Origin: an uncultured Gammaproteobacteria bacterium
GTDB lineage: Bacteria > Patescibacteriota > Microgenomatia > UBA8517
DNA length: 64,000 nucleotides
Assembly: GCA_964526015.1 (NCBI GenBank)
Contig: CAZGHY010000001.1
Coordinates: 13,833-77,832 of the forward strand
Direction: 5' to 3'
Shown here: in pieces, positions 32,840 through 43,300 of the stretch
Layout: each line of letters starts with the position of its first letter
Position numbering within the stretch: position 1 is the first letter of the stretch
Program-made: the position numbers and the translations under genes
The notes under the pieces: model-generated
The model's input: only the letters and a program-made list of their open reading frames with translations
The model's database searches: none
Told to the model about the DNA's origin: nothing

Positions 32840-35620
32840 ATGAGTCCAAATATCCCAGGAGCTGGAAATGTTTTACCAGGAATTTTTACAAGCGTAGAGA
32901 CCCTATCTAGGGGTGCCAGTATACCTCAAGGAATTAGAGTTCCTGCAATAATTGGTTTAGGTGAACGCCCTGAAACAATCGTTGCCTCTGCTCTTGGAAA
33001 TGGTGCTGATGGCCTAAATTCATCATACTCTTCAACTATTGGTGCGGATGGAAGACATTTCTTACTTTCTCTTGCTCCAATTATCCAAGGAAGAACAACT
33101 CTTTATAAAAACAATATCCCATTAACTGGTTTAGAAGCTGCTATCACCTCAGGTTCATTTTCAAATCTATATGATTATAGAGTTGATCCAGATACTGGCA
33201 AAATTGAATTACAAACCTCAAGATTAGTTGATTTAGGTGGATCATTCTATACTGCTGGCGTAACAAATGTTGGCCAAGGAACCATTTCAAATCTTGTATT
33301 ATCAAGCACAAATGCTCCAACCGAAACTTGGACAATTAAATGTATTGATGTAGCTAAAGATTCTGGCGGAAGCCCAATTGCTGGAACTGCTAAATTCTTA
33401 GCCTTTGGATCTGTATCTGGAAACGTTCTAGATGGTTATGGCAATCCAGTTCTTTGGATGGCTAATAGCACACTTAATACCAATGGTATTTTAACTTTCT
33501 CTATTGGTGAAACTGGTTATCCTTCATCAACCTCACCATTTAGACCAGGCGACTCATTCACCGTCAAAGTTTATGGTGGCGTATTAAAACAAGGTGATAC
33601 ATTAACCGCTACTTATATAGCTGAATCAGATATTAATTCACCAATAACAATAAACAACATGAATGACGCCCAATTAAATCACGGCGTTGTTTCCGCTGAC
33701 AATACACTATCTCTTGGCTGTCAATTAGCTTTCTCAAATCAAGCTCCAGCTGTAATTACACTTCAAGTCCCACCTCCATTACCACGTAGACAATCATTTG
33801 ATTTGTTTGACATTAATGCCACATCTACAGATGGTTATGAGTTCATTCTACCATTACCTCCTGGAATTACACCAGATATTAATAGTGATATTCATTTCTT
33901 TGTAACTGATCCAACAACTGGTGTAGAAACTCAATTAGTACCAAATAAATATGATTTCTATACAATAGATACGGTTGGCAATCCAACTTCTTCACAATTT
34001 ATATTTAGCGATACAAACCCACCTTCTGGATATGCATATAGTTACTCAGTAGTTTCAAAAGCTTCAGTAATTAACTATCAAATTGATGGCTATATCAATG
34101 CTAGCCAAACTGTATCAGATACTTGTACATTCTCAAGTACATCAATTACTTTTACAAGTGATTATGTTGGTAAACAAATTCGTATAGAAGACCCAGCTAA
34201 TGCAATTAATGCAGGAACCTTTGATATTACTGGAGTATCTGGTGGCGCGCTAACAGTTGAAACTAATGCAAGCCCTCCATTTGCTGATTTTACCAATGGA
34301 TCTTCAGTGGCTTTTAGAGTTATTAATACTCTAGATGGAACTGTAGTTGCCAGTACAACTGGAGCTGATGGTGTATTAACTGCAATTGGTGGTTCTGCTA
34401 CAGCAACATTTACCTCAGCTGGTATAAACTTTAACTTAGTTTCAGGTCCAACAATTATCAATAATGCTTATAGACTTGAAATTACTGCTGGAGCAAATAA
34501 AGGTAAATATCGTATTACCAATTATAGCTCAGGCCCAAATGAACTTACAATTGCTAAAACATTCTTAAGTGAAGCAGATGTCAAGTTTGAAGTAATTGAT
34601 TCATCTGAAAATAGCAACTTTATCGTTATAAATCATAATATAGTTCCAAATAACAATACTTTAAGAGTTACATTGGTAACAGATAAAGATGCACTATTCT
34701 ATGATGCTGGTTGGGTTACTGCTCTAGAAACTTTAGAAACTGTTGAGTGTGATATCGTAGTTCCACTACCAAATAACATGTTCTCGGCTGTTTTTCAAAA
34801 TACTTTAGCTCATTGTAGAGTTATGAGTAATATTCGTAATAAAAAAGAACGTGTATTATTCACTGGCGCTATCAGTGGATTAACTCCAGACAACTTAATT
34901 GGTAATTCAACTGCCGCTGTTGAAGATGTTGGTATCTTAGAAGGAATTCAAGGAGATTCAATTGCTGAAATTCTTGCAGGTAATACAGAAGATATTACTA
35001 ATTACAAAATTTCTGATAACTTTGGAGATACATTCCGTTGTGTATACTTCTGGCCAGATGAGATAATTACTCAGGTTGGCACAAGTAATGCAACTATCGA
35101 TGGTTTCTATATTGCTGCCGCGGCTGCTGGCTGGTGTGCCTCACAACCAAACATTGCGGTTCCACTAACCAATAAAGTATTGGCTGGATTCACAATATCA
35201 AATACAAAGAAACTTGCGCCAAATACACTATCAGATCTAGCGTTTGCTGGAGCTACAGTATTACAACCAGTTGCTGGTGGTGGCAAAGTTATCTGGGGAC
35301 GTACAACTACAAATTCAGGATTCGCTGAAGAAGAAGAAATCTCTATCGTGTTTATTCGTGATAGAATTGCCAAATCTTTACGTACCGGATTTGAAGGATT
35401 TATTGGTATACCAGAAGACGATAATACACAAAATGCATTATCAGGAAGAGCCAACTCACTATTTACCTCATTCATTTCACAAAAACTTATCACAGACTTC
35501 CGTGATATTATCGTGAAACGTGATGATGTAGATCCTCGTCAATGGAATATAGTCGCAAGAGTACAGCCAGTATATCCTGTAAATTATATTTACATTAAAG
35601 TTTCAATTGGCCTACTATAA
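32840..35620 (+). CDS. Contractile tail sheath protein, large form with insertion domains
   Basis: 926 aa. N-terminus NIPGAGNVLPGIFTSVE... The C-terminal block ISIVFIRDRIAKSLR..FIGIP....IVARVQPVYPVNYIYIKV is typical of sheath C-terminal domains. It is followed by a tube gene. Confidence 0.75.
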   Translation: MSPNIPGAGNVLPGIFTSVETLSRGASIPQGIRVPAIIGLGERPETIVASALGNGADGLNSSYSSTIGADGRHFLLSLAPIIQGRTTLYKNNIPLTGLEAAITSGSFSNLYDYRVDPDTGKIELQTSRLVDLGGSFYTAGVTNVGQGTISNLVLSSTNAPTETWTIKCIDVAKDSGGSPIAGTAKFLAFGSVSGNVLDGYGNPVLWMANSTLNTNGILTFSIGETGYPSSTSPFRPGDSFTVKVYGGVLKQGDTLTATYIAESDINSPITINNMNDAQLNHGVVSADNTLSLGCQLAFSNQAPAVITLQVPPPLPRRQSFDLFDINATSTDGYEFILPLPPGITPDINSDIHFFVTDPTTGVETQLVPNKYDFYTIDTVGNPTSSQFIFSDTNPPSGYAYSYSVVSKASVINYQIDGYINASQTVSDTCTFSSTSITFTSDYVGKQIRIEDPANAINAGTFDITGVSGGALTVETNASPPFADFTNGSSVAFRVINTLDGTVVASTTGADGVLTAIGGSATATFTSAGINFNLVSGPTIINNAYRLEITAGANKGKYRITNYSSGPNELTIAKTFLSEADVKFEVIDSSENSNFIVINHNIVPNNNTLRVTLVTDKDALFYDAGWVTALETLETVECDIVVPLPNNMFSAVFQNTLAHCRVMSNIRNKKERVLFTGAISGLTPDNLIGNSTAAVEDVGILEGIQGDSIAEILAGNTEDITNYKISDNFGDTFRCVYFWPDEIITQVGTSNATIDGFYIAAAAAGWCASQPNIAVPLTNKVLAGFTISNTKKLAPNTLSDLAFAGATVLQPVAGGGKVIWGRTTTNSGFAEEEEISIVFIRDRIAKSLRTGFEGFIGIPEDDNTQNALSGRANSLFTSFISQKLITDFRDIIVKRDDVDPRQWNIVARVQPVYPVNYIYIKVSIGLL

Positions 35621-35650
35621 TTAAAGAATATTAAATAAGGTTTACTATAA

Positions 35651-36265
35651 ATGGCAACTTACCCACAAACAGGTTCAATACTTACTCGTCCAGATGGATC
35701 AAATCGTACTGGAATTGCTCTTTCAACACAAATTGTGTTAATGGTTGGACCCAATCCAATTGGCGCGGTTCAAGATTTATCAATAAATGAAAGTCGCGAT
35801 GTTACATTTATTTCAGAAGTAGGAACTGATGGACAGATTGACTCTGCTCCAAGAAGCTCCGCTAAAGTATCTGGCAGATGTGAAAGAATTCGTTTTGATA
35901 GATTACGTGTTGCTGAAGCTTTTTCAAGAGGTTTCGTTCATGTTAAATCACAAAGATTTCCATTTGATATAGTAATCATAGATAAATATAATGGTGATGG
36001 TGAAAATGCAATTATCACCATTCTTAAAAATGTTTGGATTAAAGGTATTAGTTATGGCTTTAAAGCTTCAGACTTTATAATCTCTGATACCATGGAGTGG
36101 GAAGCTGAAGATATCTTTAGCACACTAAATAATTCAAACGTTGCTCAAGGTGGTGAACGTGGTTTACCATTCGGAATTGACGCATATGAAAGAGAAGCTG
36201 ATCGTGGTTTGCGTCGTGGTGCATTAGATGGTCCAGGACTATTGAAAACATTCTTACCTTTCTAA
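35651..36265 (+). CDS. Tail tube protein
   Basis: 204 aa, directly downstream of the sheath gene and upstream of the chaperone and tape-measure genes. Beta-rich sequence. Confidence 0.6.
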   Translation: MATYPQTGSILTRPDGSNRTGIALSTQIVLMVGPNPIGAVQDLSINESRDVTFISEVGTDGQIDSAPRSSAKVSGRCERIRFDRLRVAEAFSRGFVHVKSQRFPFDIVIIDKYNGDGENAIITILKNVWIKGISYGFKASDFIISDTMEWEAEDIFSTLNNSNVAQGGERGLPFGIDAYEREADRGLRRGALDGPGLLKTFLPF

Positions 36266-36286
36266 TAGCTTAAATTTAATTAACTT

Positions 36287-36325
36287 ATAACTCCTAATGT
36301 TTTGATATATAACATTAGGAGTTAT
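36287..36325 (+). terminator. Perfect 15-bp stem-loop after the tube gene; partial terminator/attenuator that also sequesters the next gene's RBS
   Basis: ATAACTCCTAATGTT (36287-36301) pairs with AACATTAGGAGTTAT (36311-36325) across a 9-nt loop, followed by TTATT. The AGGAG at 36317-36321 is the SD for the ATG at 36331. Confidence 0.5.
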
Positions 36326-36330
36326 TTATT

Positions 36331-37023
36331 ATGGTAGATATAGATTCACCAATTTTACGTAAAAAGAAACCAAGCCTTCCCCAAGCTATTAAAACATTTA
36401 CTGTGGATGATCGTCCTGCACCATCACCTAATTCTAAAATGAATCCATTAGAACAAGCAAGAATTGCTTTATCTTACATAAATGGAGATTCAGGCAAACC
36501 TAAACAATCTCAGTATCAAGAATTTGAGGATGAAGAGGAAGATGCCTACAAGTTAGAAGAGCAAATTAGATTATCAAAATTAGCTAGACAAGGTAAGGAT
36601 AGATTATCGCCAGAAAGAGTTAAAAGAATAGAATTTTTGGCTGGATTTGGTTCTCTAACTAAAGATGTTGATATTGATGGAATCAAGTTTACATTAAGAA
36701 CTCTTAAATCTAAAGAATTTAAACATTTATTTAAATTTGGAAGAGAACTCGCATCCGGTGTTGTTAATGAATTTGAGATGCAACTTGCAATTAGAAACGA
36801 GTCACTTTTATTTGCAATTCAATCTGTGAATGATGAACCTTTTGAAGATGTATTAGGTGCCAGTTCATTGGAAGATTTAAGAGATAAAATTGAAAATATT
36901 CAAGAAGATATTCTAATACTTCTATATGCTGAATATCAAAAATTAACTGATGAAAGCAAAAAGAAGTATGCTTTAAAATCTGACGAAGACGTTAAAGAGG
37001 TTCTCGAAGACTTAAAAAAATAA
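36331..37023 (+). CDS. Tail assembly chaperone (gpG-like, short form)
   Basis: 230 aa, acidic. It lies between the tube and tape-measure genes and ends at an A7 slippery run. Confidence 0.65.
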   Translation: MVDIDSPILRKKKPSLPQAIKTFTVDDRPAPSPNSKMNPLEQARIALSYINGDSGKPKQSQYQEFEDEEEDAYKLEEQIRLSKLARQGKDRLSPERVKRIEFLAGFGSLTKDVDIDGIKFTLRTLKSKEFKHLFKFGRELASGVVNEFEMQLAIRNESLLFAIQSVNDEPFEDVLGASSLEDLRDKIENIQEDILILLYAEYQKLTDESKKKYALKSDEDVKEVLEDLKK

Positions 37024-37364
37024 TAAACGAGCCAGAACACCGTTTCAAATGGTATCTGGCTAAATATTTAAAGTGTCTTCCTGACTCAGAGCAATTAAAT
37101 GAATTAAATCCAATATTAAAATATTGGATGTATTCAAATTGGATTGAAGATCAAAAGGAAGAATATGAGTTGTTAAAACAACATGGAATTCTTGTTGGCT
37201 CATTCACAAATCCAGAAGCGGCCAAACAAATGCTATCTGATGATAAATACTCTTCTACAGATGAAGAATTTGAATCAACTTGGAAGAAAATTAAGGCATA
37301 TAATGAGCAAGATATTGATAATAATACCTTAATGCCTACTAAAAAAAGAAGAGTTATTAAATAA
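36331..37364 (+). CDS. Tail assembly chaperone, -1 frameshifted long form (gpGT-like, about 344 aa)
   Basis: Frame 3 is open from 37020 to the TAA at 37362-37364. I checked it codon by codon (..KK-IINEPEHRFKWYLAKYLKCLPDSEQLNELNPILKYWMYSNW..). ORF 37128-37364 is the tail of this frame. Confidence 0.6.
37014..37020 (+). other. Programmed -1 ribosomal frameshift slippery heptamer A_AAA_AAA
   Basis: The zero-frame codons read TTA AAA AAA TAA. Seven A residues lie immediately before the stop, and the -1 frame continues to the tape-measure gene start. Confidence 0.6.
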
Positions 37365-39454
37365 TGGCTGACCCACCTATTACACCAGTTGATCCAAGCG
37401 TAAGTCAAAGCTATGATAAATTAGGCACATCTGTCAAAGCTACAAAAGAAGAGTTAGATGATTTAAATTTGTCTAATCAATCATTTATTGCAAAAGCAAA
37501 AGAGTCTACCGCATCATTAAGCAACTTGATTACATCTTTAAATAAAGGCAAAGATGCTTTAGCTTCATTATCTCTTTCTGCAGGTGAAAGTCAAGAATCT
37601 TTAAATAAATTAGGAATATCTGCTGATAGTTTAAAAAATACATTTTTAGGTCTTGGAACAGTTATAGGATCAAGTGATGTTTTCAAAGGATTATCTAAAA
37701 ATTTAGACCAAGGTCAAGTTTCTTTTACTGGTTATAGTGAAAAGCTGTCTGAGTTAAAGAGTAGATTTGGAAATACAAAAAGTACCATTCAAGATTTAAT
37801 TGGTGTAGTTCCAGGATTAGGCGCTGCTTTAGAAAAGGCTTCAGGTGGTAAGCTTGGTAGTATATTAGGACAATCAGCAGCAAGTGGAATTGCTTTATTA
37901 CAAAGATTTTCTGAAAAAGCCGATTCTGCAAGACGAGCTGAAACAGCTTTTATGCAAATAGCTGCAGCTAGCGGTCAGTTAGGTAAAGCTTTTACTGGTG
38001 CAGCTGTAGATTCGACCAAATTACAAACTGGTCTTTTGCAAATGGCTTCGTTAACACAAAATCTTGCCATTACAACTGGATTACTACCAGAAAAACTTGC
38101 AGAAATGGCTGCAATGTTTGGCAAAACAATACCTGGCGCATTAGATCAAACAATAGTGGCTGCTGGTGGCATTAATAATTTTGATGCTGTATTAAGATTG
38201 GCTGCTGGTTCTGGTCGATCATTCAATGATATTCTTGATGATTTAAAAACTGCATATGACGAACTTGGTTTATCAGGAGAAAAGGCTCTTAAATTCACAG
38301 CGTTAATTTCTGAAACAAGTAATGTTTTAGGAATTAGATTAACTGATGTCGAATCAACATTAAAAACAGTCGCAACTAATTTTAGATATATTGGCGATAA
38401 TACTGAAGCAGCCACTAGAGCCATGGCTCGTTTTGTTCCAGCATTAAGAGAAACAGGATTAAGTGCCAAAGCATCTAGCGATTTAGTAGCTGGAATGATC
38501 AATAATGTTAAAAATTTAGAAATAGGCACCAAGGCCTTTATTTCTGCCCGTTCAGGTGGTCCAGGAGGTCTTCAAGGAGCTTTTCAAATAGAAAAGTTAA
38601 TGCGTGAAGGTAAAATGGACGAGGTCATGAAAATGGTTGAGGGAACTCTTAAGAAACAAATTGGTGGTAAGATTGTTTCTTTACAAGAGGCTTCACAAAG
38701 TCCAGAATTAGCAGCTCAAAGATTCAAACAACAAGCAATGCTTAAAAGCGGGGCGTTTGGTGGATTAGCTAAAAACGATGAAGAAGCATCTAGAATTTTA
38801 GATGCAATGGCTACAGGTGCATCATTCAGTAAAGAAACTGGAAACATAATTAAATCAGGCCAAGATGCAATGGCAGAGCAAATTAGTAGAGGTAATTCTA
38901 TACAAGAAAGAAATGCTTCAGCACTAGATGCGTCAATTGTTTTCTTAGATAGAATAGCAACAGCTTCAGATATTCAAGCAATGAATGTTGTTAAAAAAGA
39001 AATAGGCACAGATAATCCTTATTATAAACAAATTTATAATCAACAAAAATCAACAATGCAAGATTACGCCAAGTCATATGGTACAAAAAATCCTACAATA
39101 GAAGATTATAATGCAGTAACTGTTTCACAAACTGGAACACAAGCCGGAATGGGCGCTAATGCTGTTATGGCTCAAACAAAAGATTCAATTAAACCATCAC
39201 CACCTAAACCAACGCCTAAAAAATCTTTACCGCCTATTAATTCAATGCCAAAACAAAAGGCATTAGTATCTCCTGAAATTATTGACAACTCAAATAAACA
39301 ACCTACTGGTTTTCAACCAAACACAAATCCTGGACAAGCTCCACCACAAGATGTGCATGTTAATGTAAAAGGTATTTGTATTAATTGTGGTTTGACAATG
39401 AATGGTGAAGAAGATAATAAAAAAACTGGTTCAAGTGGTTATGTCTTAAAATAA
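37364..39454 (+). CDS. Tail tape measure protein
   Basis: 696 aa, Ala/Gly/Ser/Leu/Lys-rich helical sequence. It lies directly after the G/GT chaperone pair with a TAATG overlap. Confidence 0.75.
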   Translation: MADPPITPVDPSVSQSYDKLGTSVKATKEELDDLNLSNQSFIAKAKESTASLSNLITSLNKGKDALASLSLSAGESQESLNKLGISADSLKNTFLGLGTVIGSSDVFKGLSKNLDQGQVSFTGYSEKLSELKSRFGNTKSTIQDLIGVVPGLGAALEKASGGKLGSILGQSAASGIALLQRFSEKADSARRAETAFMQIAAASGQLGKAFTGAAVDSTKLQTGLLQMASLTQNLAITTGLLPEKLAEMAAMFGKTIPGALDQTIVAAGGINNFDAVLRLAAGSGRSFNDILDDLKTAYDELGLSGEKALKFTALISETSNVLGIRLTDVESTLKTVATNFRYIGDNTEAATRAMARFVPALRETGLSAKASSDLVAGMINNVKNLEIGTKAFISARSGGPGGLQGAFQIEKLMREGKMDEVMKMVEGTLKKQIGGKIVSLQEASQSPELAAQRFKQQAMLKSGAFGGLAKNDEEASRILDAMATGASFSKETGNIIKSGQDAMAEQISRGNSIQERNASALDASIVFLDRIATASDIQAMNVVKKEIGTDNPYYKQIYNQQKSTMQDYAKSYGTKNPTIEDYNAVTVSQTGTQAGMGANAVMAQTKDSIKPSPPKPTPKKSLPPINSMPKQKALVSPEIIDNSNKQPTGFQPNTNPGQAPPQDVHVNVKGICINCGLTMNGEEDNKKTGSSGYVLK

Positions 39455-39475
39455 TAAGACATTAAATATAGCAAA

Positions 39476-40390
39476 ATGACTTTAAGAAATATATTATCTG
39501 GTGTTGGACAAGGTGTTAATGATCTATATAATTCAGCTGCATCATTAACAGGTCAAGATTTTGCGCAAACTGGAGCCATTCCTAGTGCAGATAATACGGG
39601 CTTACCATCTTCAAAAGTTCAAAATGAAAGATATGGTACTAAATTAAGAAAAACAATATCATGGTTTGTGCCTGAGATTGGTATTGTGAATATGTATATT
39701 AATCCACAAAATATAAGATACTCAGATTCTAAAATTATACAAAAAGAAAGAACAAAGGGCGGTTATGTTTTACAATATTGGGGAGAAGAACTAACTACAC
39801 TTGATATTGATGGAACTACAGGTTCATCTGGTATTGAAGGAGTTAATGTTCTATATGAAATATATAGATCTGAACAATTTGTCTTTGATAATTTAGGCTT
39901 AACTATGGGCTCTATAAATTCTGCACAAAATATTGGTAATTATATCACTCAAAAGTTTTCTGGTAATGGTTTTGGAGAGCTAGCTAGTGGTACCTTAGGT
40001 TTAAACAATAATACTCAATTTATATTACCAAGAAACATACCATCATTAGCCAATTTAGCTTTTACAACAGAAATGTATTATAATGGCTGGATATTTAGAG
40101 GTTATTTTAATACTTTTAGAATAACAGAAAGTGTTTCAAATTTAGGAATGTTTGATTATAATATTCAGTTTACCGCAACACAAAGACGTGGATATAGAGT
40201 AAATGAATTTCCATGGCAAAAAAGTGCGAAAGACGGTTCAAGTAATTGGGGTACAGAAAATACATTTGGTAATCCAATGTCTTATGGCACTTATCCTGAT
40301 ATGGTTAAACCAACTCAAGTTAGTGCATCTGGACAAATTGGTGGAGTTATATCCCCATTAAGTAATAACCCTCAAACAAGATTAAAGTAA
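39476..40390 (+). CDS. Baseplate-proximal tail protein, possibly a tube-fold initiator or hub-associated
   Basis: 304 aa. The block INPQNIRYSDSKIIQKERTKGGYVLQYWGEELTTLDIDGTTG resembles tail-tube-fold baseplate proteins. Positioned after the tape-measure gene. Confidence 0.35.
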   Translation: MTLRNILSGVGQGVNDLYNSAASLTGQDFAQTGAIPSADNTGLPSSKVQNERYGTKLRKTISWFVPEIGIVNMYINPQNIRYSDSKIIQKERTKGGYVLQYWGEELTTLDIDGTTGSSGIEGVNVLYEIYRSEQFVFDNLGLTMGSINSAQNIGNYITQKFSGNGFGELASGTLGLNNNTQFILPRNIPSLANLAFTTEMYYNGWIFRGYFNTFRITESVSNLGMFDYNIQFTATQRRGYRVNEFPWQKSAKDGSSNWGTENTFGNPMSYGTYPDMVKPTQVSASGQIGGVISPLSNNPQTRLK

Positions 40391-40391
40391 T

Positions 40392-43300
40392 ATGAGTTTT
40401 TTAGATGGCAAACCTAATGTATTTAATAATTTAGGAGGAATGATTGAAAAACAATTCCTTGGTAATAATCGTTTAGAAACATTAGATTTAATTCAAAAAG
40501 ATGGATCTCCTCAAAGATTTGGAAAACTGGGAGATTTTTCAAAGAAAATTGATCAATCTGAAAAAAGATCATATACAGAAGCTGGTTTTTATAGCTTAAA
40601 TCAATTTAACTTTAAACAAAGAGATTTAGAAATATTAATGCAACAACCATCTGCGTCTGTTGTTATTAAAAAGAGAGCATTTAGCTCATTAGCAGAAAAT
40701 TATAGACCTGATGCTTCTTCACAAGAAGAACTGCTTACAATAAGAGCCACCAAAAATTTATTTCAAAATAAAATAAATCAAATAGCCAATTTTGAGAAGC
40801 TTGTTAAGATAAACAAAGTTTCTGTAACAATGGGCTATATCCATGAAGCTTTAATTCCAACAATTATAGATGCTGCAAATAATATGTTTGCAATTAATGG
40901 ATCTGCTAATAATGATCTATCATCTTTTATTGGAATATTAAATAAATTAAAACAAGTACAAGCTTATAATAAAGAAAATATTTTATCTAAATGGTATGTA
41001 TCTAATAATCAACTTTATGATACAAGACTTGGTCAAGGTACAGGTGTTTTTGAATTAACAAATTTTACAACACTATCCACTAACCTTGGTTTAGGTTTTA
41101 ATTCAGGATCATTTAGTGTAAACTTTTCTGATCCATATAATTTAATGTTTATAACGCCTTATGATATTGAAAAGGCGTTATCAGATACATTTACACCAAC
41201 TAGAACAAGTCCACTATTACAAATTGGTCAAGAACAATTAAATTTAATTAAAGATCAAAAAATATCTGAATTAAATTCAATGAGAGCTAATAGAGGCGCT
41301 TCTCCTATTAATTATTATATTAATCCAAATTCTTTTATTGGCAAACCAGTTAAAGCCGTAGTAAATGCTTTTGAAATTAACTTTGACTTTAAATTCAAAT
41401 TACAAATATCAGATATTGATCCTATATTTTTAGAATCAGATGATAAACATAATGATTTAACAAACTTTGGCATAAATCCCAAAGAAGCTTTTACAAAAAC
41501 CGAGGCTTTAAAATTTATTTCAATTATAGAAACTTGCGCCACTATAGTTTCAAGCATTAACTCTATTGATAAAAATGTTAAATCTTATAATAAGAATTTA
41601 AATGCTATTAGAAAAGAATTATTTTTGCAGTACAAAGGCAAATATATTATCAATCCTATGGACACTGTCCATATATATGCATCTTCTAAATCTGAAATAG
41701 ATTCTAAAATAAGCAAAGGACTTCAATCAAATTTTAATGCATTAAGCTTTTTGCAATTTGGTAATAACACAGTTGACTTAATTAAAAATAGTTTCTTACC
41801 AAATAACTATCTTGATGTTGAAAAATCAATTATAGTTGGCCCAGATTTCCCATCATGGCTATGGCCAATGTTACGTTCAACATTCGTTAATCAAACGTCA
41901 GGTCCTCAAATATTTTCTGGTGTTGTTGACTCAGTTAGTGGATCATATAGCTCAAGTTCTGGATCTTATTCTGTTAGTATTGGTGGTAAAGATAATGCTT
42001 ATTACTTTGGTCTTGGTCAAGTAAATATGAAGCCATCAATAGATGTATTTAATGGTAGTTTTTATGATCCATTAACTCCATTTGATATTAAATATGATAC
42101 TGTTCTTGGTATCACAAATGATAAGCCAAAATTACTCCCTGAAAATCAAGCCTTACTTGACAATTCAGACTTTATATCTTACAAGATGGGTCCAGAAGCT
42201 GGAGCCATTCCCTCTTCATTAAATTTTAATAGAGATTATACTAAAGAATCTAATCTTAATATGATTAGAACATTTTATGATCCAGATGGATTCGTTTATA
42301 AATTTAAAAAGGGCATTGGTACATTAGTTCAATTTAATAATTCAACAGAATTATTAGAGGCTTCACCTTCAGCAGTTTCAACAACTAAAGATCCATTTGC
42401 CGGACAAAGCGTTATTGATGTATTATCTTTATTAATAACTGGTGAGCCACATAATTTTATAAACTATTATAAAACAGTTATTAATTTTGATACTTATAAA
42501 AGAGATGCAACGACAGGTGAAGATCCTTCAGTCTCTTATTATAGAGCATTAGAAAACAATTTAAAAAAGAGAAATTATCTTTATGGCAATTTCACACCTT
42601 TTAAGAAACTATCTATAAATGAAGCGGATGTATCTAGAATGATATCAAATCAAACATCAGCTTTAAATTTTAATAAAAGACTGCAAGAAAAAATAAATGA
42701 AAGAGCTGATTTTAGCGATAAAATTTTAGCACTTGAAGATATCCAAAACCCAGTAGTTGGTAATAGTACCATCAAGAGCAAATTAGCCCAAACAATATCT
42801 GAATTAAAATCAAAGATTACTGATTTAGATAAAGAAATATCAGATATTGAAAAAAATGATTATAACTCTATTATAAATGATCCAAAAAATTATTTATCTG
42901 TAATTGGAGATGATATCTCTGTTAATACTGATAATTATATTAACACAAATACATCCCTAGAAAAAAATAAGCAATTAAGAAAAGAGCTTAGAAAAAAGGT
43001 TAACTTCTTAACTCAAAGATTATCATGGAAAGTAAAGGCAAACGAAGATATCAATCTTGTTATCATAGACGACTCTTTTGATAAAGATTATGATTTAATG
43101 GCTTATGAAAAAAGCTTTCAAAATCAATTTTCACTTTTTCAAAGTCAGTTTAATACTGTATCACAGTTTATCACCGAAGCAGCTAAGCTATTAAACTTAG
43201 AAGTGTTTGCTGACTCTCAGGGACATATACAAATTAGGTCTCCTCAATATAATAAAGTACCTAGTTCAGTATTTTCTAATTTATTAAAACAAAAACAAGA

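Noticed and set aside
33144-38532. Antisense or alternative-frame ORFs inside the sheath, chaperone and tape-measure genes (33144-33335, 34162-34461, 35107-35493, 35244-35516, 37151-37408, 37725-37931, 38146-38532).
   Set aside because: All are nested in long genes with clear family signatures. The longest ones (99-128 aa) mirror Ala/Gly/Thr-rich sense codons, a known source of open antisense frames.
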